Below, one piece after another: positions 26,871-39,569 of a stretch of DNA of 64,000 nt. The notes beneath the pieces are model-generated. The model was not told the DNA's origin, did not search any database, and was given only the letters and a program-made list of their open reading frames with translations. Position 1 is the first letter of the stretch, and every line of letters starts with the position of its first letter. Both the position numbers and the translations under genes were made by a program. Source of the DNA: Anolis carolinensis (taxonomy: Eukaryota); contig NC_085846.1 of NCBI RefSeq assembly GCF_035594765.1, positions 8,233,190 to 8,297,189 on the forward strand, written 5' to 3'.

Positions 26871-27173
26871 GGTCCACCTTGCAGCCCCTCTCCACCCTGT
26901 GGCACCCCGAAAGGGAAGAAGTCGGTGAATAAAGACAGCCTGGAGTACCGCCTGCGTCGGGAACGCAACAACATCGCTGTGCGGAAGAGCCGTGACAAGG
27001 CCAAGCGCCGGGTGATGGAGACGCAGCAGCGCATGGTGGAGCTCCTGGGTGAGAACGAGAGGCTGCGCAGCCGGGTGGAGCAGCTGATGCAGGAGACGGA
27101 GACCCTCCGTGACATTTTCCGACAGGTGCCCGAGGCCGCCGGGCTGATCAAAGGCCTTGGGGGCTGCAGCTGA
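26871..27173 (+). CDS. CEBPE: C/EBP epsilon exon 2 (bZIP domain); full protein 242 aa
   Basis: tcacag|GGT; [34 protein letters not shown]...[12 protein letters not shown]...IKGLGGCS stop. Confidence 0.96.
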   Translation, partial: GPPCSPSPPCGTPKGKKSVNKDSLEYRLRRERNNIAVRKSRDKAKRRVMETQQRMVELLGENERLRSRVEQLMQETETLRDIFRQVPEAAGLIKGLGGCS

Positions 27174-27302
27174 AGTTGGACGTGGGGTCTAGGTGGTGGG
27201 GAGAAGGGCAGGGAGGGAGCAGCACAAGGCAAGCTGGAGAGGGAGTCGGTGGCAGCAGCTGTGGGGCTTGGGGTCAAGAAGGCGTGGGACTTTGAGCATG
27301 TA

Positions 27303-27308
27303 AATAAA
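27303..27308 (+). terminator. Candidate CEBPE polyadenylation signal
   Basis: AATAAA 130 nt after the stop, followed by GT-rich sequence. Confidence 0.6.
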
Positions 27309-27914
27309 AGGATCTCTTTTGGTGACATGTAGCCTGTGGTGGTCATCCATTGAAAAAACTGTGTTGATTTGTAGTGAATCTCTCCAAACGTTCACCTGGC
27401 CCTTGCAATCCACTTTCGATATAAATTCTTAGGACTTCATCACATGCAAGATCCCCCCACCCTGTTTCCACACACTTCTATCTAAAATACTTCATTGGCA
27501 AAGCAACTTTATATGACTCAAAGAGACTTCCACTTCTTGCTTGTGCTGCTTCATCTGAAATTGTCTCTGAAGTGTAGGGAAATGGGGTGAACTGGAGCCG
27601 GTTAGAAACAGTCTTCTGAGCTCCTAATGTACATGGAAACAGGATAAAGCGAGAGAAACACGTGGGATGGGATCAGTCAAATTTGCCTGTGTTGAATAAC
27701 TTCAGTGATGCGAAGTAAAGGGAGTTATGTAGGTGTTCTCCTACCAAGCATTATTTCTCCCCCAAAATCCTGCTTCATGAGCCTGGCATGGTAATATTTT
27801 AAAATTAATTTAATCCTTAGGAATATCACATTTTTTTGCTTTCAAAATTGTGCTTTTGCTAGATTTTAAACTTTGTTTTCCTTTCTTTTTGGCCATCTAC
27901 AGTTAGTTCTAGTG

Positions 27915-28049
27915 AAGTGGTTCTCAACCTGTGGGTCCCCAGGTGTTTTGGCCTACAACTCCCAGAAATCCCAACCAGTTTACCAGCTGTTAGGTTTTCT
28001 GAGAGTTGAAGGCCAAAACATCTGGGGACCCACATGTTGAGAACCACTG
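27915..28049. mobile_element. hAT MITE with SPIN-type TIRs
   Basis: (A)AGTGGTTCTCAACCTGTGGG...GTTGAGAACCACTG; perfect 8-bp TSD TTCTAGTG. Confidence 0.85.
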
Positions 28050-28766
28050 TTCTAGTGCCTAGTAGGTTTTGGTACTTCAGCGATTGAGAGTAAGGAGAAT
28101 GGGGTACGTAAATTCTCTGTCTTCTTTAAAGACTAAATGCCATGCAAAGAAGACTATTCCACACACAAAGAAGACAATTTCCTGCACTTTCCTCTCTTTC
28201 TCCCAGCTTTGTCTGATGAAGTCCTTAAAGATTAGAAGAACCTGTGCCCTGTGAGATTTTAGAAGGCAACGTTTTCCATGTTTCCTGATCATTGACCATG
28301 TTATTTGCAGCTAATAGGAATCAGAGACCAACAATAGCACTTTTTGGATGACAACTCACAGACTCCCTCCAGACTATGGCCAGTGGCCATGCTGGTTTTA
28401 GAGTCCTTAAAATGGTCATCCCCAAAGGTTAACCTTTCCAGGCTTTGGTTTTTTTGCATGTTTACTGGCCCATATTAATGCCAAAACCACCGGACCGCTA
28501 TGGCTTTTGTGTTGGGTTTGGAGGGAGAGATGGACGAAAATGGCAAGTGTGTTTGAGAGGGAGTTAATTAGAGTTAATTACCTTGATTGCAGTTTGATAC
28601 CATTTTATCTGCCCTGGGGCAGTGCTATGGACTCATGGGAGTTGTAGTTTTACAAGGTCTTTAGTTTTCTCTGACAAAGAGGGCTAGTACCTTATCAACA
28701 ACTCCCAGGATCCCATAGCATTGAGCTATGGCAGTTAAAGTGTATCCAACTTCATTCACTCTACAC

Positions 28767-28939
28767 CAGGCATGGACCAACTTGGGCCCTTCAGGTGTTT
28801 TGGACTTCAACTCCCACCATTCCTAACAGCCTCAGGCCCCTTAAGCGGCTGAGGGGCAAAAGGAAAGGGCCTGAGGCTGTTAGGAATGGTGGGAGTTGAA
28901 GTCCAAAACACCTGAAGGGCCCAAGTTGGCCCATGCTTG
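28767..28939. mobile_element. Palindromic hAT-type MITE nested in a Harbinger-like MITE
   Basis: Fold-back element with perfect 8-bp TSD CTCTACAC. Confidence 0.85.
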
Positions 28940-31900
28940 CTCTACACTGTAGATGTATCCAAAGACTATTGATCTGGGGACATGATAGATGAAAGCATCC
29001 TGTGGAGGAGGTCTAAGTAGATAAATAAAAACAATTCCTCTCTTCTTCTTCGTGGTCTCTGTGAAATGCGCACATATGGGTCTCCGGTGCAGGCGCCGCA
29101 GACCCATACGTGCGGATTTCACAGGTGACCACTCAAAGAAACATGGTTACAGGTAAGCAACCCAAGAGAGATGACACAAACCGGCATGAGAATGCTGTAC
29201 TTGTGCATCACGTCTACATACCATTTGGGCAACTCAGCTTTGCTTCTGTGTCTCTGTGCCAACTGCAATGTAACATCGTTTTCCAACATGGGCACATAGG
29301 GCAAATTACAAGTCTCTCAGTCCTTCAGACTCCCTGAACTCATATTGTTCTTCGTCAAAAGAAAAGAGGAAATTGTCTAGCATAGACATATCCAGGAATA
29401 GTGAGTCACTATTTCAAAAGATTACAGGGTTACAGTTTAACACCTACTCTTCCCCTACATCACACAATGGCCATGGCCGTGTAACGTTTCACAGATGAAT
29501 ACTGAGACCTGTACATTCAAGTAACATTGTAGTACTGAAGGGACCATAAGCCAGAAAATAGTAAACTTTTGCCTATGTAGCTTTGCCTCTGCATATGCCC
29601 CTCCCTTCCTGTGAGCTGGTACCTTTCTCCAGAAAGTTCCAAGACCAAAAGTTAGCTTGAAATCAACAAGCGAGGTCACAGGTATCACTTATGCCGTGGG
29701 TGTGGAAGGTGAGGAAGACCCTCAGCCATTGGTTAATTTTAGATAAACCAAAGGTATAAATTCTTTGTTTGCTGCAACATGCTTTTGTGATGGCCATTTG
29801 CATAGTACAGCCCTCTGGGGTATGTACAGCTGTTGCCTTCTCACAGCTGTGGTGAAAATAAACTTTGCTTTTTGCATCTCTCACGAGACTGAGTTTTTCT
29901 GCCTGGTTTCCCTCCTGAGCCAGGACCCTTTGAAGGTAATTGTCTTACAGCATCAGATGTGTTCAAAATGGCAGATGTTATTAATCAGGAGAAACTTACA
30001 AGCGAGGAGATGCTCCAGCAGTTTGCTTTTGCTGGAGTTTACTGAGAGGGACAACATTTTGGCGCCTCTTCTCCTTTCTGCCCTGATAACTTAACTGAGC
30101 ACAAGCTAGTTTTGTACTTTGAACTCAATTTGTAGCAGCTGAAGAATGCTGAGGACATAGGGGAAAACTGGGATGGGAGTTGATTAATCAGAACAGTTGG
30201 AAGAAATAGAAATCCTATTTTTCAAAACAAAATGGATTGGTTTTCTCATGCACATAAGGCCTGCTGTTGGGAAGCTGTTGTGACTGCAAAATATTGACGA
30301 TGGCGGGGCAACTAATGTTAATAATTTATTACCATTTGTATTAGCAATACCACTCCCAGGATGGGGGACAGGAGGTACCCAAATATCCTATATATTTGAT
30401 TGGTTTACACCCTGCTTTTCTCCCAATATGAGAATCAAAATGGTTTATAATGAAAAGAAAAACCAAATACAGGCAATCTCCAGGTTACGAACGAGATAGT
30501 TTCTGTAGGTTTGTTCTTAAGTTGAATTTATGCTTAGGATACATAGGGAAGGGTTAAAGCCTCTGTGGTCTTTGTTTTGCTGACAGTGTCACTGGTCAGA
30601 AGATTTCACCTCACTTTCTATCCCTGTGAAAATAGGATTTTGAAAAAATTGGCTTGTTGTGGAAACAAAGATTGGTGATAGAGCTTCAGTGGAGATGCCT
30701 TTCCTCCATATCTTTTTCAGGAGTAAATTTCTCTTCCTAGAGGCAGAATCATATTTAAGAAATGGCTACTTAAAGATCAAATTATGGACACAATGGCCCC
30801 TTTAACACTGCTGACTAATATAATCCAGTTCAAAGCAGATGATGTGGATTATCTGCTTTGATAACCTGGATTATATGGCCGTGTAGAAGGGTCCTACCAC
30901 ATGGAAAAATGGAAGCTCTCTACTTCTTTGCATTGAACTACAATTTGCGGCAGGAGGAAAAGTCTGTCCTGCACACGTTATCAGGAGCTTCCCAAAAATG
31001 TAGGTCATTTTGCAAACCTGACCCATTGATGGTATGGAAAAAGAGAAGTGGGGCAGAGCTGTAAGTGTATGTGTGTTCAAGTCCCCCGTCGATTTACGGC
31101 AACCTCATGAAAGTCATCGGGTTTCTTTAAGCAAGGAATACTCAGAGATGGCTTTGGCCAGTTCCTTCCTCTGAAATATAGCGTGCAGAACCTGGCGTCG
31201 GTTGGCCGTCTCCCACCCAGGTATTAATTAGAGCTGACTCTGCTTAGCGTCCAAGAAAGGATGGGATCTGGTACCTTTAGAGTATTTATATAATATCTGG
31301 GATCCATTGGCTTTAGGATAGTCCTATCCTCAGAACAGGACACAACGGAGATAGGGAGAGCGGTTCCCAAACTCTAGTCTGCCATAAGGTGGGAAGGGCT
31401 TCAAAGATAATGGGTTGTGTTGAGGAGAAGGAAGAGCAGAGGCGAGAAGATGTTGTGGCTTGTGGCTAGCTTTGTTCTCCTTCTGGTTGAGTAACAGGTT
31501 GCTTCACAAGATAATGCAACAGGGGTTGGTTTACCTTGAGGTTGGCTCCTTTGCATCCATGGCTCAGTGGAGAGGCAGGGAAAAGCAACACAGAGGCACC
31601 CGGTAGGGCAGGGATACCAAGCCATAGGTTCTGGAGAACTCTGCAAAACACAGGAGTCTCCTTCAAAGGGGGGCTTGAGCCCTGGATTCTGCAGACCAGG
31701 GTTTGAATCCCTAACTCCCGCATTGGGTGGCCGTGGGGCAAATCATTCTCTCCCAGCCTCAGAGACAAAGGCCATCTCCCTCCGAACAAAACTCTCAGAA
31801 AAGTCCATGATAGGGCCAACCATGAGTTGGAAATGACATGAAGGCATACAACAACAAAATAGCTGTGCTTGAGGTGGCCGCGGAATTCATGAAGTGGCTA

Positions 31901-32210
31901 GGAGGAGGAGGAGGTCAGCATCATCCCAATACTGGGTTGTCACTGAAGAAGATGATACCCAGATATACCCATTTCATTCACGAGTGGCAATCTCCCTCCG
32001 AACAAATCTCACTAAGAAAACCCATGACAGGGTTGACATAACTTGGAAACAACTGTTGGCACATAACAACAAAATAGCTGTGCATGATATAGCTTCAAGA
32101 TTTGTGAAGCAGCTAGCAGGTGGTTAGCAATGTTGCATTGGCTCCATCCCCAAAGCTGCAGCTCTCCGGAGGTTGTAACATCAACCGCTGGCTTGTGCAA
32201 CCTGTGTGTA

Positions 32211-32212
<2 letters not shown>

Positions 32213-32251
<39 letters not shown>
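32213..32251. repeat. (TG)n microsatellite
   Basis: Direct inspection. Confidence 0.95.
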
Positions 32252-32253
<2 letters not shown>

Positions 32254-32332
32254 ATGAGAAAGACAGAGGAAGAGGCAGGGAGAAAGGAAGCTGCTTTGAG
32301 TCCTTTGTGGAGAGAAAAAGTAGGGTAATAAT

Positions 32333-32367
<35 letters not shown>

Positions 32368-32368
32368 C

Positions 32369-33218
32369 TGGCAAAAAAGGCTCTCCATGGACATTTCCTG
32401 GGCAAATTTGAGAACAAAATTGTCAAGGAGAAAACATGGATGTGGCTCACAAATGAAACTTTGAAAAAGGAGACTGAGGACCTGATTCTTGCAGTCCAAG
32501 AACAAGCAATTAGGACAAATGCCACCAAAGCCAGAATTGAAAGGTCGACTACAGATTCCAAGTGTAGGCTCTGCAAGGAAGCAGATGAATCAATGGATCA
32601 CATCCTCAGCTGCTGCAAGAAGATCACACAGACACAGGACTACTAGCAGAGGCATAACACTGTTGCTCAGATGATCCACTGGAACCTGTGCCACAAATAA
32701 CATCTGCCTGCGACAAAAAACTGGTGGGATCACAAGCCTGAAAAAAGTTACAGAAAATGAACATGTAAAACTACTCTGGGACTTCTGAATTCAGACTGAC
32801 AAGAGTTTTGAAGCACAAGACTCCTGATCTCATGATTGTGAAAAAAACAAAGTATGAATCGTCAGTGTTGCAATTCCAGCTGACAGCAGGATTGATAAGA
32901 AGCAACTGGAAAAGCTGACACGATATGAGGATTTAAAGATCGAACTGAAAAGTCTCTGGCACAAGCCAGTCAAGGTGGTCCCAGTGGAGATTGGCACACT
33001 GGATGCAGTACCTAAATACCAGCCAGCACTTAAAAATAATCGGTGCTGACAAAATTACCATCTGTCAGCTGCAAAAGGCCACCCTATTTGGAGCTGCACG
33101 CATTGTTCGCCAATACATCACATAATCCTGGACACTTGGGAAGTGTCCAATGTGTGATCCAATACAAAAGCCGGCAGTGTGATCTTGTTTGCTGTGCACT
33201 AATCTTGTTGTGTATCAA

Positions 33219-33220
<2 letters not shown>
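32369..33220 (+). mobile_element. 5'-truncated R4/Dong-clade non-LTR retrotransposon (zinc knuckle plus restriction-like endonuclease), decayed
   Basis: WLTNETLKKETE.LILAVQEQAIRT...CRLCKEADESMDHILSCC (CCHC), then RHN and PD motifs with stops and frameshifts. Flanked by (TAA)(CAA)n at 32326-32367 and (ATT)n at 33219-33275. Confidence 0.8.
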
Positions 33221-33278
<58 letters not shown>

Positions 33279-33532
33279 TGACAATCCAGTATTGGAAAGA
33301 ATCTAAAAAGGCCAAGATGATCAGGGCCCCAGTTTTTTGCCCCTCTAATTCCCAAGGGGTGGATGTACAACAAACATTTTGTGCAAAGAAAGAAGAAAAA
33401 AACCCTCCCAGAAGTGGCCTGAAGTCTACCAAAGCAGCATCCATGGTTGTGAGCCCTTCCAGCAGCACACTTTGCCCAGCCCTGCTTGACAGCAGCCTTC
33501 CTCAACCTGGTGCCCTGCATTTTATTAGACAA

Positions 33533-35394
33533 CTAGCTTTGCCCGGCCACGCGTTGTTGTGGCTTATGGGAATCATTTGTTGGCCAGGTGGAATAGCAGT
33601 GAATGGCCTTGCAGCCTCAAAGCCTGGCTGTTTTCGGGAGTAGCTGGAGTAGCACCCTCAATCAAAGAGCCGCTTTGAAACCTGGCTACTTCCTTAGTAG
33701 GGGAATCCTTGTTTGGCCAGCTTGAACTGCACTGAATAGTCTTGCAGCTTAAAAACCTGGCCGCTTTCTACATAGGGCATCCTTTCTAGTCCTGGTTGTA
33801 TGGGACAGAGTAGCCTCCTGGCTTCAGAGCTTGGGGGTTTTCTATCTAGGGGAAATCTTGGTTGGCCAGGTTGAATAGCATTGAATAGCCTTGCTGCTTG
33901 CAAGTCTGGCCACTTTCTACCTTGCAGAATCCTTGGTTGGCCAGTTTGAATAGCAATTAGTAGTCTCAGTGTGGCAGGTTTGAATGCTGGAATTAGCCAC
34001 CCTGATTAGCATTTAATGGTCTAGCAGCTTCAAAGCCTGTTTGCTTCCTTCCTGGGAGAAGCCTTTGTTGGGAAGTGTTAGCTGGCCCTGATTGTTTCCT
34101 TTCTGGATTTCCCAATTTCCCTGCTTTCAGAGTGTTGCTCTTTATTTACTGTCCTGGTTTTAGATTATGTTGTTCTGTATTATTATACCACAGTAATTAT
34201 TTCATATTACAGTAGAGTCTCACTAATCCAACATTCGCTTATCCAATGTTCTGGATTATTCAACGCAGTTGGCCTTTTAGTAGTCAATGTTTTTCTAGTC
34301 AATGTTTTCAATACATTGTGATGTTTTGGTGTTAAATTCGTAAATACAGTAATTACTACATAACATCATCACGCATTGAACTACCCTTTCTGTCAAATTT
34401 GTTGTATAACAAGATGTTCTGGTGCTTAATTTGTAAAATCATAATATAATTTGACGTTCATTAGACTTTTCCTTAATCCCTTCTTATTATCCAACATATT
34501 CGCTTATCCAACATTCTGCCAGAGTATTTATGTTGGATAAGTTAGACTCTATATTTATAATCTTATATTATCTGCTTAGAACTGGATTATAGCTTACAGC
34601 TTCTTCACAGCTGTATAAAATGCACACTGAAATGGATTATATGGTAGTGTGGAGTCAAGATAATCCAGTTCAAAGCAGATAATATAAGATTATAAATGGG
34701 TAATATAGCTGTGTGGAAGGGCCTTGAGTCTACACTGCCATATAATACAGTTCAAATCAGATAATCTGTATTTTATAGGCAGTGTGGAAGAGGCCTGATT
34801 GAAGAGGCCCTGGGTGCCATTAAATGGCTGAGTGGGTTGCTAAGAGACAAAGTGGGCGGAGCTTAGCCTTCTAACTGGCAGCAATGGGGAAAAAACAGTT
34901 ATTCCTCTCCCTCTAATTAGGACTTTATTTTTCTTGGTTTTTTAAATGTAAAAACACAGTCCGGATGGCTATGTCTTTTGTGGCCAAATTTGGTGTGTTT
35001 TGGTTGTGTACTTTTGTTGTTTAAGTTAAGGGGAAAACTATCAGAACATTTTTATATACAGTAGAGCCTCACTTATCCAAGCCTCGCTTATCCAAGCCTC
35101 TGGATAATCCAAGCCACTTTTGTAGTCGATGTTTTCAATATATTGTGATATTTTGGTGCTAAATTTGTAAATACAGGAATTACAACATAACATTACTGCG
35201 TATTGAACTACTTTTTCTGTCAAATTTGTTGTATAACATGAAGTTTTGGTGCTTAATTTGTAAAATCATAACCTAATTTGATGTTTAATAGGCTTTTCCT
35301 TAATCCCTCCTTATTATCCAAGTTATTCGCTTATCCAAGCTTCTGCCGGCCCGTTTAGCTTGGATAAGTGAGACTCTACTGTATATAGAAGAGA
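33533..35394 (-). mobile_element. Non-autonomous Helitron with captured and nested TE fragments
   Basis: Minus strand reads A|TC... at 35394 and ends GCCAC-AACAACGC-GTGGC hairpin + CGGGCAAAG + CTAG|T at 33533, with no TSD. Contains Penelope-derived tandem repeats and Tc1 MITEs (34210-34551, 35059-35381). Confidence 0.7.
35059..35381. mobile_element. Tc1/mariner MITE (TIR CAGTAGAGTCTCACTTATCCAA family)
   Basis: TIRs with TA TSD. Further copies at 34210-34551, 37333-37640, 38111-38449, 40674-41311, 43920-44282, 47257-47722 and 50176-50495. Confidence 0.88.
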
Positions 35395-35461
35395 TCTAGT
35401 GTCAGGGAATTCATAGGAAGGGACTACAGCTGTTTAACTGACATGGCATGTTCCTCTACAA

Positions 35462-36346
35462 CAGGGGTTCTCAACCTTCCCAATGCCATGACCCCTTAAT
35501 ATAGTTCATGTTGTGGTGACCCTCAACCATAAAATTATTTTCTTTGCTATTTCATAACTGCAATTTTGCTATTGTTATGAATTGTAATGTAACTATCTGA
35601 TATGCAGGATGTATTTTCATTCACTGGACCAAATTTGACACAAATACCTGATACGCCTAAATTTGAATACTGGTGGGGTTGTGGGGGTTGATTTTGTCAT
35701 TTGGGAGTTGTATTTGCTGGGATTTATAGTTCACCTACAATCAAAGAGCATTCTGAACTCCACCAACGATGGAATTGCACCAAACTTGGCACACAGAACT
35801 CCTATTACCAACAAAAAATACCGGAAGGGTTTGGGGGGTATTGACCTTGAGTTTTGGAGTTGTAGTTCACCTACATCCAGAGAGCAGTGTGGACTCAACC
35901 AATGATGGATATGGACGAAATTTGGCACAAATACTCCAATATACCCAAATTTGAACACTGGTGGAGTTTGGGGAAAATAGACCTTGACATTTGGGAGTTG
36001 TAGTTGCTGGGATTTATAGTTCACCTACAATCAATGAGCCGCTTGAACCCTACCAATTATAGAACTGGGCCGAACTTCCCACACAGAACCAGCATGGCCA
36101 ACAGAAAACACTGAAGAGATTTGGACGGAATTGACAGTGATTCAGGGGAGATGTAGTTCACCTACCTCTGGAGAGCACTGTGAAACCAAACAACTATGGA
36201 TCTGGACCAAATACCTGATAAGCCCAAATTTGAATACTGGTGGGGTTGGGGATGATTTTGTAATTTGTCAGAGGGGTCTTTGGGGACCCCACTGACACCG
36301 CCTTGTGACTCCCCAGGGCTCTCGACCCCCAGGTTGAGAAATGTTG
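35462..36346. mobile_element. SPIN (hAT) non-autonomous element with internal duplications
   Basis: Left end matches recalled SPIN/URR1 sequence (GTTCTCAACCTTCC...CATAAAATTATTTTC); right end CAGGTTGAGAA; perfect 8-bp TSD CTCTACAA. Confidence 0.85.
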
Positions 36347-37332
36347 CTCTACAAAATACAAATTCCAGCATTTCTTAGGAAGGAGGCATGGATAATTAAA
36401 GTAGTGTTTACACTGCTGCAGAAGAGCACCAGAAACTGGTTCCTAATCTGGCATAGACTTGCGAGGGCCTCTAGTGGTCATAACTGGCATTACAACAGAG
36501 AGTTGCAAAACACCTGAAGCTTTTCCTGGATGTTGTTGGGAGTGCAGCTTCCAGCACTTATTTTGGGGGGGATTTCTTTTGCCCCTGGGGATTCCTGGTC
36601 TGCAGTCACACCTTGCCCACCCCAGCTTTACCCACAGGGAAGCCCAAGTCTGCCCATGCCTGGTTTAAACTGCACTAAAATAAAGAACCCACCTCCCATT
36701 TTAATCCTGGTAACCTTATCTTCGTGTCCACAACCCTTGTGACAAGAAAAGACTTATCTCTATGTAGGAGGTTAGACCAAAGAGATATGGACCCAGGCTC
36801 CAGGGAAACTGCGCAACCCCATTGCTGTCTCCTCCAAGAAATCAAGAAGTTCTCCCCCAAGGTCCTTTGTCAACAACCATCCTGTTTGAGGCAGACTTGC
36901 TGTGCTCTTTGTTCCCTCTCTCTTATCTCACCCTTGGGAAGGTTTATGGTGGCTCCGACCGATACCGAGACAAAGGCCTTGAGCTGAGCAAACAAGAGGT
37001 CTCTCCTCCCGTCTGAGCGCAGAAGGCAACGTAAACAGAAGCACTGTCTGCAGCAGCCCAGCCTTGCAGAGGAAGGGACTGTCTGGCAATAAAGAAAAAC
37101 TTGTAACGTACAGAATTTAAAGCATATTAATGCTGTTGATCCAGAGAAGCATCAGACGCAATATGCTGTAGCTAATGGCTACCAGATGGTTAGACTCAAT
37201 CAAGGAAGCCATGGCCCTGAGTTTGCAAGACTTTAGTTGTGAAGGAGAGGATGACTTGGAGGTCTCTCATTCATGGGGCTGCCATAAATCAAAGTCAACT
37301 TGAATGTCCCTTTGCTGGACCATTCTTACATA

Positions 37333-37640
37333 CAGTAGAGTCCCACTTATCCAAGCTAAACAGGCCGGCAGAAGCTTGGATAAGCGAATATCTTGGATAA
37401 TAAGGAGGGATTAAGGAAAAGCCTATTAAACATCATATTAGGTTATGATTTTACAAATTAAGCACCAAAACTTCATGTTATACAACAAATTTGACAGAAA
37501 AAGTAGTTTAATATTCAGTAATGTTACGTTGTAATTATTGTATTTACGAATTTAGCACCAAAATATCATGATATATTGAAAACATTGACTACAAAATTGG
37601 CTTGGATTATCCAGAGGCTTGGATAAGTGAGACTCTACTG
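37333..37640. mobile_element. Tc1/mariner MITE
   Basis: Same TIR family, TA flanks. Confidence 0.85.
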
Positions 37641-37853
37641 TATATCCTTCTGATGCTCTTCATGTATGTTAGACTGCAACTCCCAGTATCCCCTGTGCAG
37701 GACATGAGCTAGTTAGGGGATATTAAGAGCTGTAAACCACATCTGGAAGGGGCCAGGTTGGGTGAGGCTAGTTTTTTTTTTCATTCCATGTGAAATCAGA
37801 CTGGTCATTTCCCCATTCCTACTGCTCTCCACTTTACCAAGCATTATCATCCT

Positions 37854-38004
37854 TGGGTGCTGTGAGTTTTCCAGGCTGTCTGGACATATTCCAGAAGCAC
37901 TCTCTCCTGACGTTTCAGCCATATCTATGACAGGCAACCTCACAACCTGAGGATGTCTGCCATAGATGTGGGCGAAATGTCAGGAGTCAATGTTTCTGGA
38001 ACAT
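37854..38004. mobile_element. Penelope-like element pLTR fragments, head-to-head inverted pair (plus copy resumes at about 38829-38885)
   Basis: Both arms match the pLTR at 44760-44890 and carry degenerate hammerhead motifs. Confidence 0.75.
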
Positions 38005-38939
38005 AATAATAACTACTTTATTTTTGTATCCTGCCTCATCTCCCTGAAGGGACTCGGGGCAGCTCATATGGGGACCAAGCCCAGTAATACACAATAAAGT
38101 AACATAGATACAGTAGTACAGTTATCCAACCTCCACTTATCCAACGTTCTGTATTATCCAACGCAGTCTCCCTTTTCGTAGTCAATGTTTTTGTGGTCAA
38201 TGTTTTCAATACATTGCAATGTTTTGGTGCTAAATTCGTAAATACAGTAATTACTACATAACATTACTGTATATTGAACTGCTTTTTCTGTCAATTAGTT
38301 GTAAAACATTATGTTTTGGTGCTTAATTTGTAAAATCACAACATAATTTGATGTTTAATGTACTTTTTATTAATCCCTCCTTATTATCCAACATTTTTGC
38401 TTATCCAACTTTCTGCTGGCCCATTTTTGTTGGATAAGTGACTCTACTGTACATTGAAAACATGTAAACGTATAAAATCATAAAGCATGTAAAATGCAAT
38501 AAAAACATACTTGTAACCGATACCAATAGCCAGGGGCAGTGGGCGTATTCAAAAATTGACGAAGGCAATAAATTTTATATATGTGTGTTGTATCTTGCAA
38601 CTCTGAGAATGAGCCAAAAAAGTGCAGTAGATGGGTATAGGTGGAGGTTGGGACACCATCAATTTATGTCAAATTCATGCCTATTCATCAAACGCACATT
38701 GGAATAATCAGGTTTTTAATTCTTTCCGGAATGTAGTCAAGGTGGGGGCTAGTCTGATTTCTCTCAGGGGGGGGGGGGTCCAGAACCATGGAGCCACCAC
38801 CGAGAAGGCCCTCTTCCTCATCCCCATATGGCCTGGAAAACTCACAGCAACCCAGTGATGCCGGCCATGAAAGCTTTTGACATTATCCTTTCTAGTGCGT
38901 AATCTTTTCTCGTCCTATCTATGTATGTATATAGTAAAA

Positions 38940-39269
38940 AAGGTAAAGGTTTTTCCTGACGTTAAGTCGTGTCATGCCAAACTCTGCGGGTTGGTGCTTA
39001 TCTCCGTTTCTAAGACGAAGAGCCGGCGTTGTCCGTAGACACCTCCAAGGTTATGTGGCCACAGGCATGACTGCATGGAGCGCCGTTACCTTCCCGCCAG
39101 AGCAGTACCTATAGATCTACTCACATTGGCATGTTTTCAAACTGCTAGGTTGGCAGAAGCTGGAGCTAACAGCAGGCGCTCATTTCCACTCCCGGAATTT
39201 GTACCTCGGACCTTTCGGTCTGCAAGTTCAACAGCTCAGTGCTTTAACACACTTCGCCACCGGGGCTCC
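38940..39269 (-). mobile_element. Sauria SINE
   Basis: Same family as 129-457. Confidence 0.85.
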
Positions 39270-39569
39270 TTATGTATATATATATATAAATATATACTTT
39301 ACAGTATATATATATATCTCTCAATTGCTCAACCAATATATCTAGCTTTAGCAAGACTACAAAACTGGGAAAAAGGCAGGACTCATTTTACTACATATTG
39401 GGGAAATGTTTGAGAAGGGCACAAGGAAATGATCCAATACACTATTGATATCTTAATGATCAGCTTGAGAGTCAAGGTATAGATGTAAGATTTCACAGAT
39501 CAGGATATTTGGCTGCAAATGACAAACCAGTCCCTCACTTTTACCATTTTATCTCACCATCCGCTACAC

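Noticed and set aside
26816-27346. 176-aa antisense ORF over CEBPE exon 2; similar antisense or alternative-frame ORFs over C14orf119, ACIN1 exon 1 and the large ACIN1 exon
   Set aside because: Expected shadows of GC-rich or repetitive coding sequence.
28160-28210. Peptide HTKKTISCTFLSFSQL faintly resembling the recalled CIROP N-terminal region
   Set aside because: Only 16 residues, compared from memory, with no signal peptide or supporting exons. Needs tBLASTn.
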